A program made the translations under genes and the position numbers. The notes beneath the pieces are model-generated. The model worked only from the letters and a program-made list of their open reading frames with translations. It was not told where the DNA came from and did no database searches. A stretch of DNA of 64,000 nucleotides, the filler included, from Basidioascus undulatus (Eukaryota): the NCBI GenBank assembly GCA_000826855.1. It is 3 parts of 3 records of this genome, joined end to end, with 100 filler letters (N's around TTAATTAATTAA, not from the genome) between each part and the next. Parts side by side here need not be neighbours in the genome. Positions count along the whole stretch, not along the records: positions 1 to 21,624 come from JTLS01000326.1; positions 21,725 to 43,331 come from JTLS01000327.1; 1 more part is not named here. One strand, given 5' to 3'. Positions 12,197 to 24,181 of the stretch are shown here, piece by piece; the stretch's first letter is position 1; every line of letters begins with the position of its first letter.

Positions 12197-15100
12197 ATGG
12201 CGCATCACCGCCGCCCGTTCACATCCTCCTCATCTTCCTCGACCCAGTCTGTCCCGCGCCCCCCGACGTCTGCCTCCTCCCGACAGCCAGCGGGTTACCC
12301 GCCCGCCCAGGACTACTACCCTCCATCGCAGTATCAGCGCTCAAATACTGCCGGCTCAGCCGAGTCGTACGAGTCCGAAACCGACGCCGACGTCTTTGCG
12401 TACGGCCCGCCCTCAACCGCGAATGGCGGGCGCGGCGACTTTCCGCCCACGTCCCCGTACGGCCTCGAGGGCGACAAGTACATCGCATACCCCGAGTCCG
12501 CGCGCCCGCGAACAGCAGCCACAGGCCTGCAAAGCCTGGGGTACACGAGTGCGGGAGGCGGGAAGCGCTGGAGTGATGGGGAGGGGTACTACGAGTCGTA
12601 CGCCGAGACGTACGAGGACGAGTTCAGCTCGGGCGCGGGCGAGATCGCGCTGCATCGGCCGGGGACGCAGGACGGGCTGGACAAGGTCGCGCTCGAGCTC
12701 GAGCTCGAGGAGGACTCGCCGTACCCGGAGGTGCGCGCGAGCGTGAGCAACACGGACGACCCCGACATACCCGTCATGACCTTCCGCATGTGGCTCATCG
12801 GTGGCGTCTTCTGCGCCATTGCTGGTGCGATCAACACCATCTTCAATTTCCGCTATCCCGCTCCGGGCGTTACCCCGATCGTCATCCAGTGCGTTGCTTC
12901 TTCTGGGACAGACTGGCTGGATCGAAACACGTGTGGCTGAAGGATGCATGGGCAATTCACCTCAGGCTCATGACCTACCCTGTCGGCAAGCTTCTTGCCT
13001 ACATCCTCCCCATGGACGTGTATACCGTTCCCCGCTGGTTAGGCGGATGGACCTTCACCCTCAATCCGGGTCCGTTCAACATCAAGGTACGCCCGCGTCC
13101 TCCTTGTCTTGCCCCGTATCACCCGCATCACCCGCATCGCAGCCAGACTTATAAGAGGACTGCAGGAGCACACTTTGATAACGATCATGGCGAACGTGTC
13201 GGTGTCGCCGGCGTATGCACTCAACGTCACGGTCGTCTCCGAGCTGTTCTACGGGCACACGCTCGGCATCGCGTGCGACATCCTCCTCCTCACCTCGTCG
13301 CAATGTATCGGTTTCGGTATGGCCGGTTTCTGTCGTCGCTTCGTCGTATGTCTTCCCGCTTGCATCCTCTACCTTTCACTCAGTGCGCTCATCTCCGCTC
13401 AACAGGTCTGGCCCGCGTCGATGCTCTGGCCCCAGTGTCTCGTCGTCTGCACCCTCCTCAACACGTTCCACGCCGAGGACGATGGACACGACGGCTCGAT
13501 GACGCGCTTCAAGTTCTTCTTCATCATCGGCTCGTCCGCGGTCATATGGTACTTCGTGCCCGGCTTCTTCTTCAAGGCGCTGTCGTGGTTCTCGTGGGTG
13601 TGCTGGATATGGCCGAGTTCGTCTTTCTGCCTCACGTCTCCCTCGTGCAAATTTTACTCAAACGGTGGATGCACCCAGGGAGCCCAACGGTTAATCAGCT
13701 GTTCGGCACCTTTTCCGGGCTGGGAATGGGCTGCATTACGTTCGACTGGTCCCAGATCGCCTACATTGGCTCACCGCTCGTCATGCCGTGGTGGGCCGAG
13801 TGCAACGTCGCCATCGGCTTCCTCGTTTTCTACTGGATAATCGCTCCTATTCTGTACTACACCAACGTACGTCTTTCATCCGGACTGTTTTTCGTTTCGC
13901 TTTGCCCATATCCTTCTCTGACCGCTCCGCCCACAGGTCTACTCGTATGGCTACATGCCCATGTCGGACTCGAACCCCTACGACCGCTACGGCCAGCAGT
14001 ATAACATCACGCGCGTCGTGACCGAGGCGAACGAGTTCAACGCGACCGCGTACGCCGAGTACTCGCCGCTGTATCTCAGCGTCACGTACAGCATGGTCTA
14101 CCTCCTCGCGTACATGCTCACGACTGCCGTGCTCACCCACACCGCGCTCTACCACGGCAAGGCGATCTGGGACGGGATCCGCAACGTGAAGAACGAGGAC
14201 GACGACATCCACGCGAAGCTGATGAGGGCGTATCCGGAGGTACGTCGATGACGCGCTTCATTCTCTGAGGGGGATCGGCGTGGGCTGACAGTGAGGTCGC
14301 TGTGGCAGGTGCCGAATTGGTGGTACCTCGCATTCCTGGTGTCATCCATCGCGCTGGCGATCGGCGCTGTCGGGGTGGGTCTTTATCTACGATGCGAGTG
14401 CCGCTGCGGCTGCTGACGATGAGTTGAATGTGTGTGTGCAGGGATGGGATCTCCAGATGCCCATCTGGGGCCTGCTCATCGCCCTTCTCATCCCCGCCGT
14501 CTATCTTCTGCCGGCCGCATTCATCTATGCTATGACGGGCCAGGAGGTGCGTTGCTGCATTTTCAAACACACCCGATACGCCGGAGCTGACACGCCCGCG
14601 TTTCGCAGCTTGCGATCAACCTTGTTGCCGAGGTCGTGCCCGGGTATCTGTTCCCAGGGCGCCCTATCGCCAACATGGTGCGTGCTGATTGAGAAGAAGG
14701 TGGAGAACGGGCGCGTAGCTGACGCACAGTATGCGCGCGACGCAGGTTTTCAAGTCGTACGCTGTCCAAACTATGGGGGAGGGCCTTTCGTTCACTCAAG
14801 ATCTCAAGCTCGGTGCGTCGTCCGAACGCTCACGCACGCCAGTTGGTCTAGCCCGGCGGTTGACGTGTTCGCAATCGGGATTACAGGCCACTACATCAAA
14901 ATTCCTCCGCGTGCGACGTTCACCGTCCAGTGCTTGGGCACGTTCGTCTCGGCCGTCATCCAGGTCGGCGTCCGCCACTGGATCTTCAACAGCATCCCCG
15001 GCATCTGCAGCCCTCGGCAAACCAACAACTTTACGTGCCCCTCCAATCGCGTCTACTATACCTCTAGCGTCATCTGGTCCGTGCTGGGTTCTGCGCTTCC

Positions 15101-15921
15101 TCTCTCCCGCTCCCGCCGCCCATCTGGGCGCAACAACTGAAGCACTGCGCTTTTTGAACAGGGGTCTAATCGGGCCCGACAAGATGTTCGGCCAAGGCGC
15201 TCTATACCACTACCAGCTCTGGTTTCTCCTTGTCGGCGCGCTCCTTCCCGTCCCCGTCTTCCTCTGGATCCGTCGCCGCCCGCGCTCGATTTTCCGCAAC
15301 CTCAACTGGCCCGTCCTCCTCACCGGCCCGACGTGGATCCCGCCCGCGACAGGCATCAACTACTCGAGTTGGATTATCGTCGGCTTCATTTTCCGTGAGC
15401 AGCGCTCGTTCTTGTCAGCCGGCTGCAAGTGTGTGTATTCTTACGAAGCGCTTTGCATCGGCAGAATACCTGCTGCGCAGGACGCACTTCGCCTGGTGGT
15501 CGAAGTACAACTTCATTCTTTCCGCTGCTCTAGACACCGGTACGCCTCATCAGTGGAATGCCTTTTGACGACATGTATCAATTCGCTTACCGTCGCGCAT
15601 GACAGGCACCGTCGTTGGCATTATCCTCGTCTTCCTCCTTCTACAACTGCCCAAACATGGGACAGTTGCGTTGCGTTGGTGGGGCAACACGGTATGGGAA
15701 CCCCGCTTACTTCGACCCGCTGGACCAACAAACTTACGAGGGTTTCCACGGGATTCGGTGCAGGTGTTCACAAACACCGCAGATTATCTGGGCATGCCAT
15801 CAAGAACGCCACCGAGTACGGGATTCGGATCTGATACGGTGCGCGCGCTCTCGCCGCGAACAGATACTCAATGACAAGACGGAGCTGACTTGCGCTATCC
15901 CGCCCGCAGTGGAAATCGTGA
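12197..15921 (+). CDS. OPT-family oligopeptide/glutathione transporter, about 16 exons
   Basis: Motifs DSPYPEVRASVSNTDDP..PVMTFRMW, LNPGPFNIK-EHTLITIMANV, FDWSQIAYIGSPL..PWWA, DDIHAKLMRAYPEVPNWWY, QDLKLGHYIKIPPR, WWSKYNFILSAALDTG. Confidence 0.95.
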
Positions 15922-16411
15922 TTTCACAAGGGACTTTCGTTTTCTCTTATTTTGGGTTTCCTCTTGCTGTTTGTTCTTGTTTATTTTACCTCCCCCCGTC
16001 TGCATATACTCGCTGCCTACCCTGCCCTCCCTACCCTCCTTATCGTCACTGTTCAAGAGACGTTCTCTCCCGCCTTCTTTGCACAGCGCGCACTGCGCGT
16101 GGCGCTCCATCCTCCACCATGGGGACCTTCGCTCGGACATGCCATTTGCACTTTACACATCCACACTGTCGCACGTTTACCTTCTCTGGTTCACTTTATG
16201 TTGTCACTTTTACAGCATCTCGAATCCTGTTTCGAGCGAACATCTCACAGCCGCTCTAGACTGGACGTCGGACTGCTTTGTTCACTGCCGTTGCCCTGCC
16301 AACTTGCATAAGTGTGCGAGGAATATAATGAACAAATGTCAAATACAAGGCGGTCGTAGGAAGCCGAACAACGAGAATGCGAACAAGTCCATCCAATCCG
16401 TCCATCCACGC

Positions 16412-19400
16412 TCACGCACTCTCCGTCGCCGGAGGCTTAGCTGCGTCAGTCGTGCCGGACTCGACGGGCGGCTCCGGCGGCGCAGGGAAGAGCTCCTCGA
16501 GGAAACCGGGTAGGAACTGTCCAACGCGATCGGCAGTGCGGTCCCAAAGTTCGACCGCCGCGGCGTCGCGGTCGGGGTGAGAGGGTGGAAGGAGGTAGTC
16601 CGACGCGTTCATGACGAGCACGACGTTCTTGAGCGACTCGGGAATGGCCTCGTACTGTGCGTGTGCAATTGTCAGCCGCGCTGAACCTGATGGAAATTGA
16701 GCAGCACATCAGACACACCAGCTGATCCCGTTGGCCGCTGTTCATGAACCGGTCGAGGAAGTCGAGGACCTTCAGCCAAAGGTTGAGAAGCAGCACCTGG
16801 TCTTCAGCGAGCTTCGCGAGGTAGTTGAGCAGGATGCGGCAGAGGAGCGCCGACGCGCGCAGCCGCGTCTCGCGCATCCCCACGGGATCCCGTTGGAAAA
16901 CCTCGGGCTTGAGGAGCTCGACAAGCATCGGGAAGAGGATCTTGTCGAAGACGATCAAGAGCTTGATGTCGGCGCCGCCAGCAGAGATCTCGGGCGAAAG
17001 AAGCTCCTTCTGCAGGTGACCGAGCGCGAGCTGCCGAACTTCTCGCGAGCGGTTGACGCACTGGCCGGCGAGAGCGCAGAGCGGCGGCAGCCAGAACGAC
17101 TTCCAGGCTGTGGATGCAGGTAATGGAAGGTCAGCACGTTTCAAAATTGGGATGCGTTTTGAGAGTCTTCTCACCTTGATCCTTGTCCGAGGTGGACTGC
17201 TCGATGAGGGGCGGTACAGCAGTCCGAAGCTCGTAAAGGAGTTCCACGGCTTTGAGACCGCGTTCGACTGTCGGTTCACTGTGTACCGCGGTCGACCGAG
17301 GTCAGTGGTGTCCGGAATCCTGCCAACGAAGGGAAGTGTACGTACGAAGCCACGTCAACCGGTGTCTTGGACGATCCGCGGCGCTGGCGCTGCTGCCGAC
17401 TTGACGCACTCGAGCCCGCGGCGCTGGCGAAGTCGTTGAGCGTTGAAATGATAGCCGAGAAGTTGTCAGGCGTAATGCCGTTGCCGAGCTGGTTGGTCGC
17501 GACGCGAACGAGCACGTTGAACGAGGCGCCCGCGGCTTCGGGATGCCGTGTGGTGGCGCTGAAGAGCGAGAGCAGCAGACCCCATTCGGTCGACGACCTG
17601 CGATGGACGAGTAAGCGCCCGGCACTGTAGAGGGCCATCGGCAAACTGCTCACTGAATGGTTGCAGCGTGCTGCTCGATGAGCTTGACGACCCCGGCAAT
17701 GAGCTGCTCGGCGACGGCGTTGAGCACCGGCGGGCTGAGCGTCCGCAGGATGTCGATCGAAACGTAGACTTGATCCCGAAGCTCGGGCTGGAGCGAAATG
17801 GGATCAGCTCGGCTTCAGTAAGGATCGCAATCAGTCGTCGCACCTTATCCGCGATTACCTGAGTCAGTCGCAGGAGGCCGACGACGGCCCGCTCGATGAG
17901 CAGGATGCTGTAGTCCTGCGCCGAAGATAGCAGCGCCGACAGGTGGTCGAAAACGATCGGCCTGTAAGAATATGCGTGGTGAGCCAAGCTCGCGTCGGGA
18001 TACGCCGGATCACCTACCAGTTCTCGACGATATGCTCCGGCGACCGGCTGACCACGCTGACCATCGTTTCGAGGAGGAACAGCGCGGCGCGATCGTACGG
18101 CAACGGCGGATTCCGACGCGACGAGTTCGGCGCCTCGCCGTTGCCGTAAGGAGACGAAGGCGGTTTCTGTCGCGCGGCGAGACGGTCCACCGTCCTTCGA
18201 TCGGCGAGCGCCCGCAGCGCCTGCACGGCGGCGATGAAGGCGTCGCCCTCCAACGACCTGTATGAGCAGCGATGGAGCCTGTCAAGAACAGGCGCGAGGA
18301 AGGCTATCACAGGAAATGAAACCGTACGTGATTTGAGAGTATAGCTCTTCGATCTTGCAGGACGTGATGCAGTCGACGGTGCAGAGCGTGCTCTCGACAT
18401 CGTCCTCCGTCGCCTCGGGAACGACCGCTTCAGCGCTCGAGCTGTACGGTGACAAGAGATATGAGGACAGGGTCGAGAGCAGGCCGGTTTCGGACGGCCG
18501 GCGCCGCTCTTCTTCCTGGACCTCGAGGGGGCTGCCGCTCAGCGGGATGAGCGTCGCGCCACCGAGGAAGTCTTCCATCTGCAGCAGCGGTTGAGGAAGA
18601 AGGGAGTTGATGAACAGCGTCTGGAGCATCTCGAAGATCTGGGTGGCCGGACAAGCTCAGCAAAGAAGCGAGAGGCCTAGATTTGGTAAGCATGATCCTC
18701 ACCTGCGTCCAGCCGCTGCGGATAGCGTTGCCGTTGCCATTCGCGATGTTGAACAGGACGACGGCCGCGAGCTGGCCGCGCAGGTTCGTGCCGAAGTTGA
18801 CCGACAAGCTCGAGACCCTGAGGCTCTGCCCCTCGACTTCCACGATGGGGTTCGCGCACGCGTCCGTCGCGGACGTGTCGTCCACCAGGAGCCCCGTCGC
18901 GCGGCTGAGGCTCATGACGATGAAGTCGAAGACCTCGGGCAGGCTGAACTGCTTGGCGAGCGTCGCGCACTGGCGGAAGCCGGCGATCGCGCGCTGGAGC
19001 AGGTACTCGTCCTGGAACGTCGTGAACGCGTACGAGAGGGCGGAGATAACGGGCTTCCACGCGAGCTCGAACATCTGGCGGTCGAAGATCGGCGTGTCAC
19101 ACGCGATGAGGGAACCTGCGACAGAACGTCAGCGGGTATGGAAGGGAGATCGCCATTGAAGTGTGCCTCACCCGCTTTGACCGACCTGCGCAGCATCTCC
19201 TTCCAGGCGTACTCGAAGCCGAGCTGGCCGTGGTGCTCCTCGGGCATGACGATCTCGCGCTTACGGATGGAGTTGTAGATGGCCGACTGAAAGCCCCAAT
19301 CAATCAGCAAAGAGTGCCTGCGCCTGAGCTGGCTACTAAGCGTCTACGCACCAGGTATTCAGGCGGGAAGTCGGAGCCGTCGTTGACACCGCGCAGATTG

Positions 19401-21624
19401 CGCTTGTAGTCGTCGACCGCCATGCGTCTCTACACACCGCACAAGCTCATTAAATAACCGAGAGGGCTGGAAGAACGATTCGGAAAGACCCACGGCGCGA
19501 TTTTGCGGGTTGTGCAAATCGGTGTTGAGCATGATGACCGAGTACGCAAGGACGTAGGCCGCATCCTGCGACTTGATCTCGGCTGCAGGCGAAATTGTGT
19601 CGTAAGCGTGCGTCGTCCAGCAACAAACGAGAACAAGGAGACTTGCGCGGCTCGGAGGCAAAGTAGCGTTCGGCGAAGGTTTCGGTGATGCGAGCGATCT
19701 GCTGCGCCTCTCCCGGCAACCTGAACGTCTCGAGCACCTCACGCATGCCCTCGGCGATCGTTTTCTGCCCGGAAGCCCCCCAAAACGTCAGCATCTGCAA
19801 CCGCATCCAGGGATTCCACATCGAAAGACAAACTCACGCCCTTGAAGTCGAATGTCGCCAGGAAGGCATTGAGGACCTCGACGTTGTCCGGGCGGGAGAT
19901 GTAGTCGCCAAGGAGGCGCTTGTCGAGGCGGGGGCAGCTCTTGAGGAAGGCCGCGAGCGTGCGCGGCTTGCCCGCCTCGATGATGCCGTGCTCCTCGAGG
20001 TAGGCGAGCCCGAGCTTCGGCTTCGTATTGAACCGCGCGGCGCCGTCGAGCAGGATCCGCTTGCGCGTCTTGATCTGCTGCAAGTGCTCCGGGCTCGGGT
20101 TGTTCTGGAGGCTATACATCAGTTGGGAGCGCCCGCATGATGCAACGGGACAGCGTACGGAAGGCCATGCTCCGACTCCCTCCTGCAAGGATACGTGTTT
20201 CAGCCGAAGTTTGCGTGAGGCTGCGGATTAAGAGTGGACGCACCGTTTCAAGACGAGACGACATGTGGCTGACGAACGCGAGAACTGCGTCAAGACACAA
20301 AACCTGCGCGTTCTCTTGGAGGTTACCAGGGACGTTGCCGCTGGGGAAGACACCCTGCCGACAAAGCATTCAGCGTCTGTGCGCTCGGCGCCCCGTATCA
20401 CGCGTTCAAAGCCAACATACCCTGCTCAAGAACCAGATCATCTTCTCGAAAAGATCCTCGCAGTCGAGATCCGAGTCGTAGTTGACCCACAGGTCGGGCA
20501 TGAACCCGGACCTCCGCGCGAGGTACCCCAGCGATTCGAGCATGAGCTCGCGCGTCTCTCCGTGCGCGGGCTGCGCGGCGCGCGCGGGCGGGAGCGGGGG
20601 CGTGGCGGAGCCGTCCAGGCTGGCGGACCAGGCCAGGAGCGGGTCAGACTCGGTCTCCTGCGAGAGGCCCGAGGCGGCGTCGGCGGGCGTGCCGGGCCGC
20701 GTGGGCGTGAGGACTGCGCCCGCGGACGGGTTGTGCGAGCGCAGAGAAGCGGTGGAAGCAGGCGTGACGCGGTCGATAAGGAAGGAGAGGAAGAGCTCTT
20801 GCTGGAGCTTGAGGTGCGCGCGGAGGGTGTCAAAGAGGGCGTTGATGACGCGGAGAGTGAGGGTGAGGATCGTGGGCGACTCGGAGCGGGCGAGCTGTAG
20901 TCGAAGGGTCAGTCAGCGATCTGCGAGCAGCACAGTGAATTTGACGCACCTGGAACAAGAACTTGCACCCGCCGTCGCACAACATCTTGCGCAGCTCCTC
21001 CCAGTCCACAATGCTCCGCCCGCCAGTGGTAAGCGCGACGTCCAAGATGCCGAGCGCAGCGAGTCGCATCGTGTCCGTGTGCTTGGCGTTGTGCGGGTCC
21101 AGCAGGGAGATGAGCACGCGTAGGAGCTCCGTCACGCTCGGCAGGCCGTACGGCACGAGGGTCGGCTCGCCGTCTTCGGCAACGTCCTGGGGCGCCTGGG
21201 CGGGTGCAGTGCGCGCTGCGGGCACGCCGCGCGAGCGCGGGTCGGGCGCGGCGACGCGCAGGGCGGCCGGGCCGCCGTCGTCCGAGGATGAGGGGTCCTC
21301 GTCGGCGGGGAGAGAGGGAACGGCGGAGAGCGAGGGAGGAGACAGCGTTTTAAGGCGCTCAAAGACGCGGCGTACCATCGCTTGCATCGTGTGCTCGGCG
21401 GATCGGCGGAGCATCTCTGCGGACAGGAAACCCATCAACTGCGTTGCCGGCCCACAGGGTAACCCTACTGTACGTACCACTCAGTCGCATCTGGCAGCAC
21501 ATGCTGAGCCCCGTCTCCATCATCTCGCAGACCGCCTCGTCCGTACATGCCTCGCCGACCTCGCTGCACAGCAGGCGCTCGATGACGCCCAGGATGCGGA
21601 GCAGGACCGCCTCGTCCGACGCGC
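16412..21624 (-). CDS. GEA2: Large Sec7-domain ARF guanine-nucleotide exchange factor, GBF1/Gea1-Gea2 type; 5' part cut by contig end
   Basis: Motifs PYGLPSVTELLRVLISLLDP, DLWVNYDSD, LETFRLPGEAQQIARITETF, YVLAYSVIMLNTDLHNPQ, IVMPEEHHGQLGFEYAWKE, LKNVVLVMNAS. One GC-AG intron near 19583-19648. Confidence 0.93.
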
Positions 21625-21724
21625 NNNNNNNNNNNNNNNNNNNNNNNNNNNNNNNNNNNNNNNNNNNNTTAATTAATTAANNNNNNNNNNNNNNNNNNNN
21701 NNNNNNNNNNNNNNNNNNNNNNNN
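21625..21724. other. Artificial contig-joining spacer (N44-TTAATTAATTAA-N44)
   Basis: 100-nt N run containing a 12-mer with stops in all six frames; the gene on the left is cut and unrelated sequence resumes on the right. Confidence 0.97.
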
Positions 21725-21792
21725 CTTCCGTGGATTGAACACGGTACCTTCAGGACTTCAATCTGACGCTCTCCCAGATGAGCTAAAGAACC
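21725..21792 (-). tRNA. tRNA-Phe(GAA), intronless, last acceptor-stem bases lost at the contig end
   Basis: Minus strand reads GGTTCTT-TA-GCTC-ATCTGGGA-GAGC-G-TCAGA-TT-GAA-GT-CCTGA-AGGTA-CCGTG-TTCAATC-CACGG-AAG then Ns; colinear with the canonical yeast tRNA-Phe layout. Confidence 0.85.
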
Positions 21793-22007
21793 ATGGATGG
21801 TCGCCCAACACCATGTATTCTCATCACATTTGACAGTAACTTGGCACTCGTCATTCAGAATTGTAGAATTGTTTGAAGTATGAAGTGCACGAACTGACTC
21901 AACATAGAAAAAACTTGACTCTGTGTGTAATGCATGCTACCAAGACTCGCACGACACCACGCCCGCGAGAGACACGAACGTAGGCAGAACTTGCTAGCTG
22001 AAGAGAC

Positions 22008-22666
22008 TCACACAGTCTGTCGAACAGCACGGACGACCTCCCCCAGCGTCACGCCCTCCTCGTTCTGTATGCGCACAGCCACAGCGCCCTGGGCGCCGCG
22101 CGTTCCGACCATGCGCGCAAGTGATACTCGTCCACTACCGGATAGGTTGCAAATGCACCGAGAAAGGGCGAGCTTGCCCACTGGTCCAGGCTCGACGAGG
22201 TCGAGGACGGCTCCGAAAGCACGGGGTGTTGCCAGAGCTGGATGCAGTGCGCCGCGATCTGCGAGGCGGTATAGATCCCCTGCGGCGGGAGATACGGAGA
22301 GGTCGGCAGGACGAGCGGTGTGGGAAAGTCGACGAAGCCTGAATTGCCAAGTCCTCCATCGTCATGTGAGCCAGCGAGAGACGACGGGAAGATGCGGCCC
22401 GAGTACGCACGCTGCATGAATGCTTTCACGTCCACACCGACGTTGTCCTCACCCCGCGCCGCCCAGGTCGCAGCTTCGCGCCAGCTCTGTTTCCTCTCAT
22501 GGCGGCCATACCCCGCCGCCCAGCATGCAGTGCGCCACTGCCGGTCGCTGAAGCACGCTGCGAGTGCGCGCCCAGTGTTCGCAAGCGCAAGACGCGTGCG
22601 GACGTCCGAGGCGGCCAGGAGGGACACGATCTCAAGGATGAGCTCAGGAGGAAGGCGGTCCAGCAT
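22008..22666 (-). CDS. Small F-box protein, with an apparent frameshift near 22085-22120 (possible pseudogene)
   Basis: N-terminus MLDRLPPELILEIVSLL is an F-box-like start. Later blocks LWQHPVL, AFATYPVV and, in a shifted frame, VRIQNEEGVTLGEVVRAV. Confidence 0.6.
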
Positions 22667-23614
22667 TGTTGTCTTGGTGACATTTGGGATGATGGAGAGA
22701 GGGAGAGAGTGGAGAGAGAGAGGAGGCAGGTGGACGGAGGTGATGACTGTTCTCGTGGACATTGCAGTCTCGGCGGACGACTAGCAGTTTAGCACGGCTT
22801 CGGACGACGTTCGTACATAGTTGAGCACTATGTAGAGCTGCAGCAATCTGCAGCAAGCTGCAGGGGATAATGACTGGATTATGCCTCTGATCACCGATCA
22901 CCATGCGGTGTATTATTTTCTTTGTGGGGTAGTGGGAGGTCTACGTGAAACAAGTGCTTAAAGGTTGCTTGGTCCGGGGACGCCCGGCCCAGTACTGCAG
23001 GTTGCCTCGTTGAATTGACTCGCGGCTCTGGAGACCCCGATTGAGCTGCGTATGTTGCGAGAATAAGAATATAAAGCAGTATCGCATATGAAAGTTTAAT
23101 TCAAGAGGCCATACTGAGGCTTACAGCAGGTCAAAATGACGGTAGTCCGGCAGCATGCGCACACACGAGGTGCCGTTTATTGCAATTCGTTGCTAACCAA
23201 GGACAGGTAGTGCGAGAAGGGGAATGATTCATATACGATAGATTAAGGTAAAATACCGGTTGCTCAATGCAAGGGAATGACTACCTCAGAAAATCATCAC
23301 ACGAACGAGCGTTTCTCGCACCGTAGTGGCTCTTGGGAGGCTTGACTGTCCAAGGTGGGTTTCCTTGTATAGTTGATGCATTCAGCTGATATGTTGTTAA
23401 GTGCATTATTTCAAATAGCGACTCTTGGAAGAAGACAACCACTATGGTCTTCGGTTTATCTTAAAGAAAAGCAAGTATTTCGATGCCCTCGGTTTGACCG
23501 ATCTGGGATCTGGGATCTGAGAGTACATTCCTTTCCAAGGCTCTCCATGACCATGGCACCTGCTGATGAGTGCTCGGTTGACCAGTCACAACAGCTTCAA
23601 CCCTTCCCCCCATA

Positions 23615-23954
23615 AACGTGTTGAGTGATCGCTACAGGCACCAGGGCCAGGCACTGGAGGATACGACTCAAGCGAAGTCTGCCATAAATAACCGTCCTTC
23701 TTGGCGTTTCTAAACGCACAGACTGCAACGCATGAGCGTGAAGTTGTGCGACAGCAAGTCGGAGTATTTCATGCTCCCCTCCAGCCAATAGCAGTGCAGC
23801 CGAAAGCACGTTTCCTTTGTGGCACGACCGACAGTGCACTGCAAGACACAGCTCCCAACAGCTCTCCCGTGCGTCTCCACGGCAGTCCGACATGTTGCCC
23901 GTCCTTCTTGCCCCCGCTCTTGCCGCATTTTCAGGTGGTGCTCTTGGGCACGTT
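23615..23954. promoter_or_regulatory. Three candidate Pho4 (bHLH) CACGTT sites upstream of the phosphate symporter
   Basis: AACGTG at 23615-23620, and CACGTT at 23807-23812 and 23949-23954 (both in GCACGTTT context), within about 570 nt of the ATG at 24182. TATA-like TTTATAA near 24094. Confidence 0.55.
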
Positions 23955-24181
23955 TTCCTGATGGAGCCCTGTGCGGCCAGATACTCGAGGTCGCATCTTC
24001 ATCCCCGCATGCATGACATTTCTTGGCTACCAGGGCGCACGACGGGGAAGATGGAGGTGTAGAAGCGGTCTTCTCCTGCAGCTCGCTCTCCCCTTTATAA
24101 TCTACAGCGTTCTCCAAGGGACGAGCCTTTTTGCCCAGACTCTTCCTTGTCCACCAAGCCCTTCGAGCTGAGCTGATCGAA

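Noticed and set aside
21625..21724. TTAATTAATTAA flanked by Ns (also 43332-43431) as a biological repeat
   Set aside because: Identical, symmetric 100-nt spacer with six-frame stops; a contig concatenation artefact.
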